DNA from: Macrostomum lignano
Lineage: Eukaryota
Direction: 5' to 3'
Length of the DNA stretch: 64,000 bases
NCBI GenBank assembly: GCA_002269645.1
Contig: NIVC01000688.1
Coordinates: 1-64,000 of the forward strand
Shown: positions 11,702 through 29,050 of the stretch, piece by piece
Layout: every line of letters starts with the position of its first letter
How positions within the stretch are numbered: position 1 is the stretch's first letter
Program-made: the position numbers and the translations under genes
The notes under the pieces: model-generated
Told to the model about the DNA's origin: nothing
What the model saw: only the letters and a program-made list of their open reading frames with translations
Database searches by the model: none

Positions 11702-12744
11702 AGGGAGGTAATTTCGCGCGAGTCGCTTAGCTTGGAGAAAAATCGCATCAGAAAATCAGGAATGCAGCGCTACGTCAGCGAGAATGGCGTTTTAAAAGCA
11801 ATTTTTTGCTATTGTTTCGCTCAGTTCAATGATCTGATTTTCACTCGCAGCGAACTGCCGCCATTCAGACGGGGAAGTGGATGCATTGGATTATTTTTTT
11901 CACACAGACGTACCAATAGAGACCGATAGTAAATATTTCCATCGAGTATTCAGCATCTATATGAGTCGATATTTCCCGTTTATAATCATCGAATTGAAGT
12001 GTCAGCTCAACTCGAAAGACGGTTATAGTGTTAATAGTAAAGTTTGAATCTTCGAAGCAGATTTTACGCCTGGTGTATTTTTGGATACAAAAATTTAATT
12101 GACACTTTAGGTTAGGTTAACTACAGACAAAATAGTAATTAAAGACACGGGCTGTCTTTGTTGGAAAAAAAATATAGATTTTCTGTCTTATATTCGATGA
12201 TTTTCCATATAAGCAAAATTTCTTTCTACGTAGTTCAACACAAAAAATTGTAATTTGCAAAGTTGGAAAAAGACAATCATTTTAGGACAGTTTATGCGGC
12301 ACTATTATACACTCAACAAGGTGGTAAAGTTTCCATCCCGGAACCAGCGGTCAATTTCTGTCAGTACCACGTCTGCAGTTCTCTTGTCAACTGCGTGTGA
12401 TGCAATTAGCGTCACAAGGCCCTGGCTTGGGCTGGTTAGAAGAGAACCGGAGAGTCATAGCTAGAGTTGGATTAAAGCTGCCACTCTCAGTCCTGATGAA
12501 CTGGTATCGGGGTAGAAACTTTAACACGTTTCTAAGCGTATGCTCAAGTCGTTCTTGTACGGGTAGAATTTGGGACAATTTCATTACTTCATGGAAATGT
12601 ATGTGTTTTTTCCCCTGGAACGAGGAGAATTTCTACCGGTATGCAGAATCTCCGAGTTGAGAAGCTGAGCAGATGGTGTCAGAGATATTCTCCAAGATTA
12701 AAGGGAAAAATTAAATGTATCCGAAGCAAGCTGGGAGCGGAGAA

Positions 12745-13015
12745 TAAGGAGGGTGCTGTCTATGGGAGCGGGGAGAATATGGAGAGTGCTGTCTATGGCA
12801 GCGGGGAGAATATGGAGAGTGCTGTCTATGGCAGTGGGGAGAATATGAAGAGTGCTGTCTATGGCAGTGGGAGAATGTGGAGAGTGCTGTCTATGGCAGT
12901 GGGGAGAATATGGAGAGTGCTGTCTATGGCAGCGGGGAATATGGAGAGTGCTGTCTATGGTAGTGGGGAAAATGGAGAGTGCTGTCTATGGCAGTGGGGA
13001 GAATATGGCGAGTGC
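12745..13015. repeat. About 30-bp minisatellite GAGTGCTGTCTATGGCAGTGGGGAGAATAT
   Basis: About 9 tandem units, direct read. Confidence 0.9.
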
Positions 13016-13442
13016 TGTCAATAGCAGAGGAGAATGCTTATTGAGATTCTCCGCTAGCAAAACACTAGCGGTACAGACAAGGGGTACAGGCAAGTGGGAT
13101 GTATTTAAACAAAATAGCATAATAGCCTTCATATATGTAAGCAACCACTTACCTCGTACAAGCGTATTTCTGTTTTCCTATTAAAATTGTGCAGAAGAGA
13201 AACACTGTGGTATAATAAAGTTTGTTATAGTACATTTTCAAGGTGGTGCAATGGCAGTTTCGATAGTTCATTTAAGGTCAAATTCTGCTATGATTAAGTC
13301 TACATCCAGTGGCTTGAACTCCACTTCGGGCATTCGTACCAGCTTAATTTAAAACTTAGGCTTATTTGTTTTAATAGAATTCTCATTTGTTTCAGAGTCT
13401 AACGCCACCGGATGCCACGCGCATTGTCTCAGAGCTATCGTC

Positions 13443-15421
<1,979 letters not shown>

Positions 15422-16076
15422 GTCAGCTGGAAATGCTCAATGATTTCTGCTACTAGACAGAAGGTTGGTCACCAGGAGGCCAGAGCTTATCGGATCACAA
15501 AAATACAAGTCCCGTGATGGGGCGGCTTCCGATGTCCGTCTGTGCAAATTTGCTCCGGCGGAATAGACAAAGCCCCATTGGTCAAGTAAAGTGTGGGCTG
15601 AATGAAAACTGACCGGATACCTGCGAAGTGATGAGGAGGATAATCATAAACTCATTTGTCCTGGCTGGCTGCGCCCTCGCTCTGCCTCTCGCATCCCCCC
15701 TCTGCTGTGTCCCATTGTCCCCCTCCAAGAGCTCAATATGGAATATTATTTCATGCGGCATGGCAACAGGTAAGCAGGGATGGGAATTGGGGTTGCTGTT
15801 GGGCTTTGGGGAGGTCCGTCGCCGTCAGTTGGTCAGTATCTCTGGGCCCGGGCAATTCTGTTGTTGCAACAGTTTGTAGGAGTTATCTTTTAGGTAGAGG
15901 GGGAGGTATGAACCTTGTTAATGAATAATCAACAAGCAGATCTACCCTTCCGAATGGAATGAAGAGGGGAAGAGATATTGCCTTCCGCTCGTAGCGAGGT
16001 AGCTAGCGTATCCATAGTCGGCCATGCCTCTGACTTCATGGAGTCATCGCTTACGGAAAAAATCTGTGAAAATAGG

Positions 16077-16397
<321 letters not shown>

Positions 16398-17200
16398 GTC
16401 TTGAACAAAGAAAGTTAACAAAAGCAATTTTTATCCGCTAATGGTTTCGAAAAATTGTAGGCAGCGCTGAAATAGGACAGTCTATTTACTTTCGTTACAG
16501 TAAAAACGGGCATCGGAGAATCAATGATGAATTAAGAAAGGCGCGCATAGGTTGACTCGACAGAGAGATGCAAATGGGCAGAGAAGGCAAGCCTAAATCA
16601 CCAAATACTCGGTTCAATTATTTTTTTCATTAATTTTTTTAATTAAAATGATTGCTTGTTGTCATTAAAAAAACTCGAGTCTTTATTGGGTAGAGCAGGC
16701 CGTATAAACCGGATTTTCTACGAACGATGAAGCAATATCAGGCCAGTGCAGATTGACGAGAAGCTATTGGGAAAAAACAAGGTTTAAATATCAAGACAAG
16801 ACTTAGCAAGGCTCAAGAGACCTCTCAGGTAGCATCACAGTGAACAGATAGAAATATCATACATTATAAATAAACCATATTTGTTAAAAAAAACTGTATC
16901 AATCGTTAGCGTAGTATAGTTCGATCCAAAGTTTGATGCCACTTGTACAGAAAAGGCATGACACTTGACAGCTCTGAAGCCTGAATATCGTCAGCCAAAA
17001 AGGAAATCATTCTTCAGATTTACATTTAATAAAATAGATTTTTTTCCAAATATAAATATTCACTGTAAAACTAAAGTTTGTTCAAGTAGAAGCTTCGATC
17101 CTCTTTACCTTTCAGTAATAGCGTTTGTCTTTCGCTCGAATAGTAAGTAAATAATAACCATGTGTTTCTGTCTTACAGAATAAAACTCCACAGCTCAAAC

Positions 17201-20718
<3,518 letters not shown>

Positions 20719-21664
20719 TTTTGTCCCCTAAACCTTAAAGAGGATAACGACAGTAAAACAAGTTGACAGCGTCGAAAGGCGGACTTTTAAAAAATTGAAA
20801 CTTGATGTGAAAAAATCGTGTAAAAAAACATGAGCACGATTCCTACGATGTGAGACTTTGAGCTTGTAAATTATTCCAGCTTGTGAATGATTAAACTAAT
20901 TTTATACGATTCAGAGTAGCTTTAAAAAAAAGACTATTTACATACCGTTTACCGAACGCAAATGAACAATCTGTGAAAAAGAGAGTTCGCAAAGAAAGAA
21001 GCTATCAATGCTTCGAAGTTCAAGGTATGTTTCAGCTAATAGTGGAAATCCTGGGATCCCACAGGTTGGCAGAGAGCAATAAATCCGCTCCGAGCAGCAA
21101 AAGAAGCCAGAGAGAAAGAATTGAGGAGCAGAAACTCCCTGTCTGGCTCGCCAATCTGAAGACGGACGAGTTGGGGAGGAGCTGCCACCACAAATTGGGA
21201 TGCAGCTTCCACTGGAGATTTCTCTCCCATTCGCTCTTTGCTGAACAACGAGATGAGACTTTTTTGTCCACCCCCTCAGAGATTCCAAAGCCCAGCCTAT
21301 CGATTAGGGAGGCTTTCTTTTTTTCTAACCAAACAAATCTGGAACCATGGCTATGCCTGATGTGCGCTTCCACCATCAATGAAAGCAATCGTTGAACTGC
21401 AGTAACAATTCTTTCTCTATTATCGAAATTATGGAGTATTGTGTTGCAACAAAGCTTGTCAAGTGAGCTCGCTCATTTTGGAACTATCCTATTTACTATG
21501 ACCGTAAAAAAGAATAATTAGCAATTGAAAATGTAATAATTTGCAGGAGGTTTGTAAGCAGCGCCTTCGGCGACATCGTCCCACGAACAGCCCCGAGGGG
21601 ATTCTGACCAGTTCGCTGACTTCTGAGGGCGCTCATAAATACATGCATGAAGGCATGCAATTAT

Positions 21665-21740
21665 ACAAACGCTCACAAAGGGTGTAAAGCGGCCCGAACT
21701 TTCTAATCTCGACGCGTTTACCTACCTCCAACCTCTGAGT
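21665..21740 (-). mobile_element. Partial SINE family 2 body
   Basis: Shares acgctcaca...gtgtaaagcggccc.gactttctaatc with about 10405-10455. Confidence 0.5.
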
Positions 21741-21866
21741 CAAGTTTGATTAGATTGCTGTTACGTCAGCTATTAGCCTAACGCTCCTTTTTGGGGCACT
21801 AGATAATGCTAGATAAATGACCTTTTTATGGTACCAAATATGGTTTAGTAAGATGTACCCATTAGT

Positions 21867-22050
21867 GGGTTGTAGCCTAGTGGTTAGAGCGTCCGACTCA
21901 CGACTGAAAGGTCGGGGGTTCGATTCTCGACCCACTCGGAACAATTTGTGCCCTTGACCAATACGCTTAACTCTGCATTGCTTCAGTTCACCCAGCTGTA
22001 AAATGAATCCCAGCATTAGCTGCGGTAATTTAGCTGTCGGTTGCATATCT
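21867..22050 (+). mobile_element. tRNA-derived CORE-like SINE family 1, copy 1 (internally deleted)
   Basis: A box TAGCCTAGTGG and B box GGTTCGATTC, followed by tgtgcccttgaccaatacgcttaac...cagctgtaaaatg, which resembles the MIR CORE. Clearly similar to 28430-28705. Confidence 0.8.
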
Positions 22051-23614
22051 GGCCCAGTTGGGGCTTGTGTAATCGATCATTATTATTTTTGCTATACCAA
22101 TTAAGGACTTTGGGCAGATTTTTACAGATATAGTGAGTCCAATATAACAATACGCCAGACGCGGATTGGGCTGGTGTCCTGCCATCAGCACAATGGATGC
22201 AAGAGGTAAATCTACTCAGATGCTTCTCAAAGCGATTATATTGTAATTTCGCTGCCCTTTCTTAAACTGCACATCCATGATTAGCGTTTCCGCAGAAACT
22301 TTTTTAGATTTCCCTTGTTTAAAAAAATCATTTGATCAGACTGGATCTTTGAAGAACGCATTTTTCATGGATTTTCACCCTAGACAGAACAGTGGGCAAA
22401 AAATGGTGCACAAAAGTATAATATATCATGGATTACAGCACCGAATTACAGCAAATGTAATATCGCGTAACGATGCAAAGAGCAACAATAGCTTAGAAAC
22501 AGAAGTAAGATTATGAGCACTATGCTAGTGAACCGATGGTTTCATTCCGATTAATCTAATTAACCAATAAAGTTGAAACGCGGTAGACTCACTCAGCCAA
22601 GTTGAATGGGGGGACTATCCCGAGACTGCGGTGGGTCGGGGCCGCAGGCATTTCACAGATGAGCAATCCATGATACTCGTATATTTATGCAGCTCATTTT
22701 GTAGCTCTATGGGCTAAATTAGAGAGCACCACTTCCTGATAATTTAGCATAATGCAATGTGCAAATTAAATACGTAATAAATTGTCCATCAATTTCAAAA
22801 GACAGAAAACAATCCTCCTATCAAGCTAGTTTTTAAAAAGAATTCTGCCACAACAGAGTAGAATTGCAGTGAGACTAGTACGGGGCAAATTTGACACACA
22901 GAAGTTCCGATGCGAACCAGCCCGCAGTGAGAGTCACAAGCGAGTAGCGGAAGCAGACAGGTGGAGGGCATCCCAACCCACCATCTCAGTATTGCTGAGC
23001 CATCGATTTTTGCTTTGCAACAGCGCTCCGGAGTGGATTTGGTTGAATTGAAAGCGAAATTCGCAGTCCACAAATGAAGCTTGGCCTCACAAAGGCATTT
23101 ATTGCTGTAGCTTCTCCCACTCTCTCCCTCTGAACAGTCTTCTGCTCCCCTTCCCGCTCAGCTGCAGACTTCCAGAGGCGCGCGCTTCTCGCATTTACAA
23201 GACAGCCAGGCCCCAATGCCCGAGTTGCCAGTGGCAACCGGGTATTGACGACGCTTTTGCAATTCACAGGCGAAGGCTCCGAGTGAGAAACAGGCGGAGC
23301 CAGAGGGGCCAAAAGGAAGATACGGCATTGGGAGCAGATGGGAACGGGGATGGCGTGGGAGAATGAGCTGCTCGGAAACAATGCCTCAGCAGCATTGGCG
23401 GCTTTTTGCTTAGTGCAAACACTATGGATAGCGACACTGATATGGGAAGAAATTCCCAAAACTTCCTGGGCAGGGCAGTCTCTCTCTCTCTCTCTCTTTA
23501 TTGAGAGTAAAAAAGTTCACAGGCTATAATTGATGCTGTTGCACTTGCAGCAGTGCGTGCACTTGTGTTTATCGACTGTGACTACAGAGTGAATGAGGCG
23601 AGAATGCTGTCTCA

Positions 23615-23850
23615 CCTCAGTCTCGAGTCTCCCCCCAGAGTCACTCCAAGACTCGAGTCTCCCCCCAGAGTCACTCCAAGACCCAAGTGTGACACTAGAG
23701 TCACTCAAAGACTCAGGACTCACCCTATAGAGTGACTCTAAGACTTAAGCCGCAAATAAGAGTCACTCTAGAAGTCAAGTCGCATCCTAGAGTGACTTCA
23801 AGACTACAAATGACTTCATTGACCCTGTGCAGATTACATGTAAGTCTATG
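23615..23850. repeat. GAGTCACTC-based 30-bp repeats plus inverted, decayed copies
   Basis: gagtctccccccagagtcactccaagactc occurs twice, then variants including an inverted agagtgactct/agagtcactct pair. Confidence 0.7.
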
Positions 23851-25070
23851 AATTTTCACGTAGATGTATAACCGATAGAGTTGTATTAGTAAGATATGAG
23901 CATATACATTTGAATATTCGTAATAAAAAATCATTGCAAAAACACGCACGCACTACATTAAGATGCTGATACATCACCTCGGACACATAATCTTCAGTTA
24001 AGCAGGTTTAATTTAATTGTGTAATTAACTGTGTAATTATTTTTCCTGTGTATTTAACTTTCGGTAAAGTGAATAATGTTATATTCAGTACAATACGGAT
24101 GCAAACTTTCATCATCACTGACTACTGCAAATGAGTAGTAAGCTGTTCGCATCGCTAATTGGACACATGCATACGCAACTTCAAATGTCCAGTATGAAAC
24201 GTGGTGAAAAAAATGTTAAAAGTTCTTTTATTATATATAAAAAAGCACAGAAAGGTTTGTAGTTGAATATTCAAGTACGTGAATTAAATTAAATTTCCTA
24301 GAAAAGCAGGTTTAAAAATTACCACACAGCGGTAGGCTCATGTACATTGCGTTTTGCAAGCAATAAATGAACCGTTGCTTAAAAATTGGCTAAAGGCTAT
24401 GAAATCAGAATATTTCTGGGTAAGGATAAACTTACAAATAAACCGGAGGCCGGTGAGTCACGTATATTTGTCGTGTCGCTGGTGCATTTAGTGTGCTCAA
24501 TGGGAGAACGCACGGACGGGGCTGAATGGAGTTTTACCATAGACAGATTCAGTCTTAAATATATCCGACCTCTCGAAAGCATACTGGATGCACCAGCGAT
24601 ACTACAAATACCGAATCATACTTCAGCTGTCCATGGGGTAAAAAATGGTTTGAATAAAATTCTCCGATAAAGCGATCGAATTATCTGAAATTACAAAAGC
24701 GCTATAAATGATCAAAGGCATTGCAAAATAAATTATAAGGGATACGTAGGCAGCTAAAAAACTGCTATAGTATGATACACCGTGACTGTCAGACAGATCA
24801 GGCAAGAATTATAATATTTCTAATACTATTTAGTAATAACTAAAACCAAGTGAACTCTGTGCCCCGTCAGAAGAACGAGTATGCGGAGGTCAAAGTGAGA
24901 ACAAGTCGACCAACAAATGACACAGCAGGAGAGAATGAAAGAAAGAAGAAGTCGTACCAACTGTTTTTTATGCTGACTTTTAAGTTAATCCGTTAACTGC
25001 GGCCGCTTAGCTTAATCTGTCACTTGCCTTGAGGGCTGACGGTTACTAAACCAAAATCGAAGCTCACATC

Positions 25071-25794
25071 CAGTGGCGCACAATGAATTAAGACCACCGA
25101 ACACAAATTTGAACTTTCAATTTCATAACCTACACAGATTGCTGGAGCATTTTAATCTAATCAGGTATAGACAACCATGGTATCAATCAGTTAAATAAAT
25201 GATGTGTTGGGTGACTACTTGCAATTGAGTGTGTTTGATTGGAGTCACTTGTCTCATTTTCGAATTTGACAAGCCACAGAGTAATAAAACCTGCTTCAGC
25301 AGGACAGCAATCCGAAGCACACATCCAAGGTTGTGAAGGCATGGCTTACAGAGAACAATACGCACCATGGACTGGCCAGCGCAGTCACCAGATCTCAATC
25401 CGATTGAGAATCTGTGGAATATGGGTCGAGCGGGACATCCAGATGCAGCAGCCAGCTTCCTTGATCAGCTGTACCGTATCATTGAGGACTTGTGGGCTGC
25501 CATCCCGGCAGAAGTGGGCCAGAAGCTGGTGGATAGCATTCCTAGGCGGTGCAATGCTGTGATTTAATCAAAAGGCTATGCTACAAAGTACTAAAGTAGT
25601 TTTTGGATATCAGTGGCATTTGCTTTACTTATTTCGAAAGTATTTAAAGATGGTCTTAATTCAATGGTAAATAAAGTAACACTTGTATTCCTACAAGTTT
25701 TACTGCCAATTTAATACTTGAATTTAGCTTAAAGACAAGTATGCCAAAATTAAAATAATTTTACTTTGTGGTCTTAATCCATTGTGCGCCACGG
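25071..25794 (+). mobile_element. Internally deleted Tc1 (DD34E-type) element
   Basis: 27-bp TIRs CAGTGGCGCACAATGAATTAAGACCAC / GTGGTCTTAATCCATTGTGCGCCACGG, with TA on the right only. Frameshifted transposase C-terminus QQDSNPKH...WPAQSPDLNPIENLW. Confidence 0.88.
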
Positions 25795-26279
25795 TACTTT
25801 TTGAGCTTGTCAGGCGCTTTCTTAAAATATTATCCATCAGAATTTTCAGGTAGCATCACTAGTCAAGCTGTAGAAAGCTGTATCAAAATAGAGACAACAT
25901 GGTTTCTGAGAACTCAGCAACAAGATCCTACAATAATCCGGTTTGGCTCGAGTTTTAAAAATTCAGAAGGCATGCACAGCTGAAGTAAAAGGACGCGAGA
26001 CTCCAATTTCCTGGAAATCAGATGGATTACGCTAAGGAGCGCGTATTCTTCGTATCAATAGTGCATTCAGAAATCGCTGGAGAACGCGTAGGACTAAAAA
26101 GAGGTTTCGACATAGACAAGTTCGATCGAGAAAGATACGATTTTTCGAGAGCATTCTACTCTCATAAATGCACTAACGATACGACAGGATAGCACATTCC
26201 AGCCCATTTCTAAGAATATGCAGTGTAGCGTCCTGCTTTAGCTGTCCATGCAAAAAACAACAAAATCTTAACTTTGACT

Positions 26280-27677
26280 TCAGAAACGCCTGGCGTGCAG
26301 CTTGCAGTAGGCCTTGCCATCCTTCGGAGCGAACGGCTTGCCCTCCAAGCAGGTGCCGCACACGGCGCAGCAGAAGCACTCGGCGTGATAAGTGCCGCCC
26401 AGCACCTCGACGAAGCGATCGATCGGCGCGATCGCCTCGTGACACTTGGCGCACTTGGTGAAGAACAGGTCGCCCCAGTCCTTCTCGCAGTAGGGCCGGT
26501 TGTCCTCAACTCGGAACTTCCGCCCGGCGATGCTCTGTCGGCAGTGAGCGCACACGAAGCACTGCCGGTGGAAGTATTGGTCCATGGCGTGCACGCTCTC
26601 GCTGACGATCGTCTGCTGGCAGCTGCCGCAACGGGGCGCCAGTAGTCGGACGTAGTCGTCCTCGCAGTACAGCTGGTTGGCCTCCTCGACGAAGCCGCAC
26701 GGTTCAAGGTTGCGGCCGCAGACGCTGCAGTTGAAGTGGTCCGGGCAGAAGCACTTGTCCAGCGCCACGAGGAACGGGCCGCGGATCACCGAGCCGCAGA
26801 CCGAGCAGACCGGGACGCCACCGGCCGCTTGCTGAGTTTGGCGCTGGGCCTCGCCACGGCGACTGCGACCGGAGAGTCCAGCACTGCCGCCTCCACCACC
26901 GACAGACGACATCAGAGGAGCAGCTGAACGCGGAGCCGGGGCCGGAGGTGGCGGCGGCGGCGGTTGAGCAGGCGGAGAAAAGTTCCGCGGCGAGAACTGC
27001 TGCGGCGGTGAGAACTGCTGTGGCGAGAACTGCTGTGACGAGAACTGCTGTGGCGAGAACTGCTGTGGCGAGAACTGCTGTGGCGAGAACTGCTGTGGCG
27101 AGAACTGCTGTGGCGAGAACTGCTGTGGCGAGAACTGCTGTGGCGAGAACTGTTGTGGCGAGAACTGCTGTGGCGAGAACTGCTGTGGCGACGAAGAGTA
27201 ATGCTGTACAGCGTTAGGCTTAGCGAAGTGATGCTGCGGAGCGGGTGGGTAATAGTGCGACGATGGAGAAGAAGGCGACGCGTTCGCGGCGGGCAGCCAT
27301 GTGGCGCCGCTAGAGTTGCCGGCAGTCTGGCGGGCTGGCGGGCTGTAAGGAGCCGCGGCCGGTTGGAACTGGTGCTGTTGCGGCTGAGGCTGGAAGTAGG
27401 CGTGGTTGAATCCGCCGCCGCCGCTCGCCAAGCCAAGGTCGAGCTCGTTGCCGCATCGGATGACCGCCTGCTGGGCCTGCTGGTGTGTCCAATTGTGTGT
27501 CGGGTCCCCGCCGATGCTCACCACCCTGTCGCCGACGCAGACGCCGTGCCGCTCGGCCATGCCGCCTTTGCTCACCTTCTGGATGGTGAGAGCGGAGTTG
27601 AAATCGCGTCCGCCCTGCAGCCGGAAGCCCCACGGCGTTCCGGAATCCGGACGAGTCATGCGCACCTGACGAGACAT
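26280..27677 (-). CDS. Intronless PDZ + 3 LIM domain protein (Enigma/Zasp/PDLIM-like), 465 aa
   Basis: N-terminal PWGFRLQGGRDF PDZ motif and three C-terminal LIM domains (CxxC...HxxCxxC...C). The linker has about 12 QQFSP repeats. Confidence 0.93.
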   Translation of the reverse strand: MSRQVRMTRPDSGTPWGFRLQGGRDFNSALTIQKVSKGGMAERHGVCVGDRVVSIGGDPTHNWTHQQAQQAVIRCGNELDLGLASGGGGFNHAYFQPQPQQHQFQPAAAPYSPPARQTAGNSSGATWLPAANASPSSPSSHYYPPAPQHHFAKPNAVQHYSSSPQQFSPQQFSPQQFSPQQFSPQQFSPQQFSPQQFSPQQFSPQQFSPQQFSSQQFSPQQFSPPQQFSPRNFSPPAQPPPPPPPAPAPRSAAPLMSSVGGGGGSAGLSGRSRRGEAQRQTQQAAGGVPVCSVCGSVIRGPFLVALDKCFCPDHFNCSVCGRNLEPCGFVEEANQLYCEDDYVRLLAPRCGSCQQTIVSESVHAMDQYFHRQCFVCAHCRQSIAGRKFRVEDNRPYCEKDWGDLFFTKCAKCHEAIAPIDRFVEVLGGTYHAECFCCAVCGTCLEGKPFAPKDGKAYCKLHARRF

Positions 27678-28429
27678 TCTTCTTGCTTAGGGTTACTGCG
27701 TTCGGGTTTCTGACTAGCTGAGTGCCGGGGCGATGAAAGAGAAGCTGCTGGGTGCCGCACCCTGCATGGATAAATACTAGCGATGGTTGGCGCTTCCAGT
27801 ACGCAGCCAAGATCAATTTGATGCGCGGTTGGTCCAGTGTACGTGACTAGGCCGACCCTCTCCTACACAACCGCAAGGGTGCAAGGCGCCTTAACCTGCC
27901 CGACAGAGGAAACAAGGGGAAGGAAGGTTCAGTCATTTCCATAGCGCAGCTTCCATGTTACAACGAATAAGGAAGCTGCCTGGCTGAAAGAGACGGGCTG
28001 GCGAGACCTTTTCAAACTGTGGGGGTGCGCATTGATCGATTGGGTGGGTGAACTGACTGGGTGGAAGACTTCCCAGGAACGCAGGACCTTTTGCGGCGTG
28101 CAACGGGGTTCATCCGCTGCCCGAACTGACCGAGCTGCAGTCCGAGAGAGGGGAGGGAGGAGTCTCGACGCGACCTTCTGAATCGAGACAGGCCAACGGA
28201 AGAAAAGGATGGATAAAGTTTTTTTATATTCACTTAAATGGCCCATTTGTGGCGGCTGCGGTTCTTTCATTTTAGCAAAAGACTTTGCAAAGAAATTGTA
28301 CAAATGGAATGGAAACTTCAATTTGCAGATTCGCTCGTAAAGTAAGCCACGCTTATGACGCCTTGTGAAAGTTCATTCATTTAAGCTCCCTGTGGCTATT
28401 GGAATGTACCGAATAACATTTACAAAAAA

Positions 28430-28705
28430 GGGATTGTAGCCTAGTGGTTGGAGCGTCGGACCCACGACTGAAAGGTCGGGGGTTCGATTCTTGACCGAAT
28501 CAGAACAATTAGTGTCCTTGAGCAATACACTTGATTCTGCTTTACTCCAGTTCACCCCAGCTGTAAAATGGGATGTCAGCATTAGCTGGGGTAATTGGTA
28601 ATTGAGGGTATGTGTGGCGACCCCCAGTCCTTGGACTGAACAGCCGTACGTAGCCTTCAGATGCGCCGCGCAATAGCTGCAGCTGAGCTGTCGATTGCAC
28701 ATCTG
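28430..28705 (+). mobile_element. CORE-like SINE family 1, copy 2 (longer)
   Basis: Same tRNA-like head and CORE-like segment as 21867-22050. It carries about 90 extra bp before the shared 3' agctgtcg.ttgca.atctg. Confidence 0.8.
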
Positions 28706-29050
28706 TTGTTACTATTATATTTACAAAGAGTTTACAAAATGTTTTTGAGAACTTATTCTTAAAATATACATTGAGCAGCGTAATATAAAACCACAATGGG
28801 CAAAAAATTGATATAAAACTTGTTTATTTGAGATTCAATTATTAAAAAACGCAAAATTTCATAGAAAATTTTCGTACCGTAGTGGTAGACACAATGTCCC
28901 TATACATTATTGAGCTGTTCTGTGTGAGGCAGAATTCAATTATATAAATTCAATAGTAACCACTTTGCTTTCAGTTATTCTAGAGTAGTGAAGAAGGAAC
29001 TACAAAGATAAAAATATTTGGTTTTGTATTTCTTCACTGGTCATTTCCTC

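Noticed and set aside
21867-21935. Possible tRNA-Val(CAC) gene (and the similar sequence at 28430)
   Set aside because: The anticodon and T stems pair poorly, and both copies continue into a shared SINE body.
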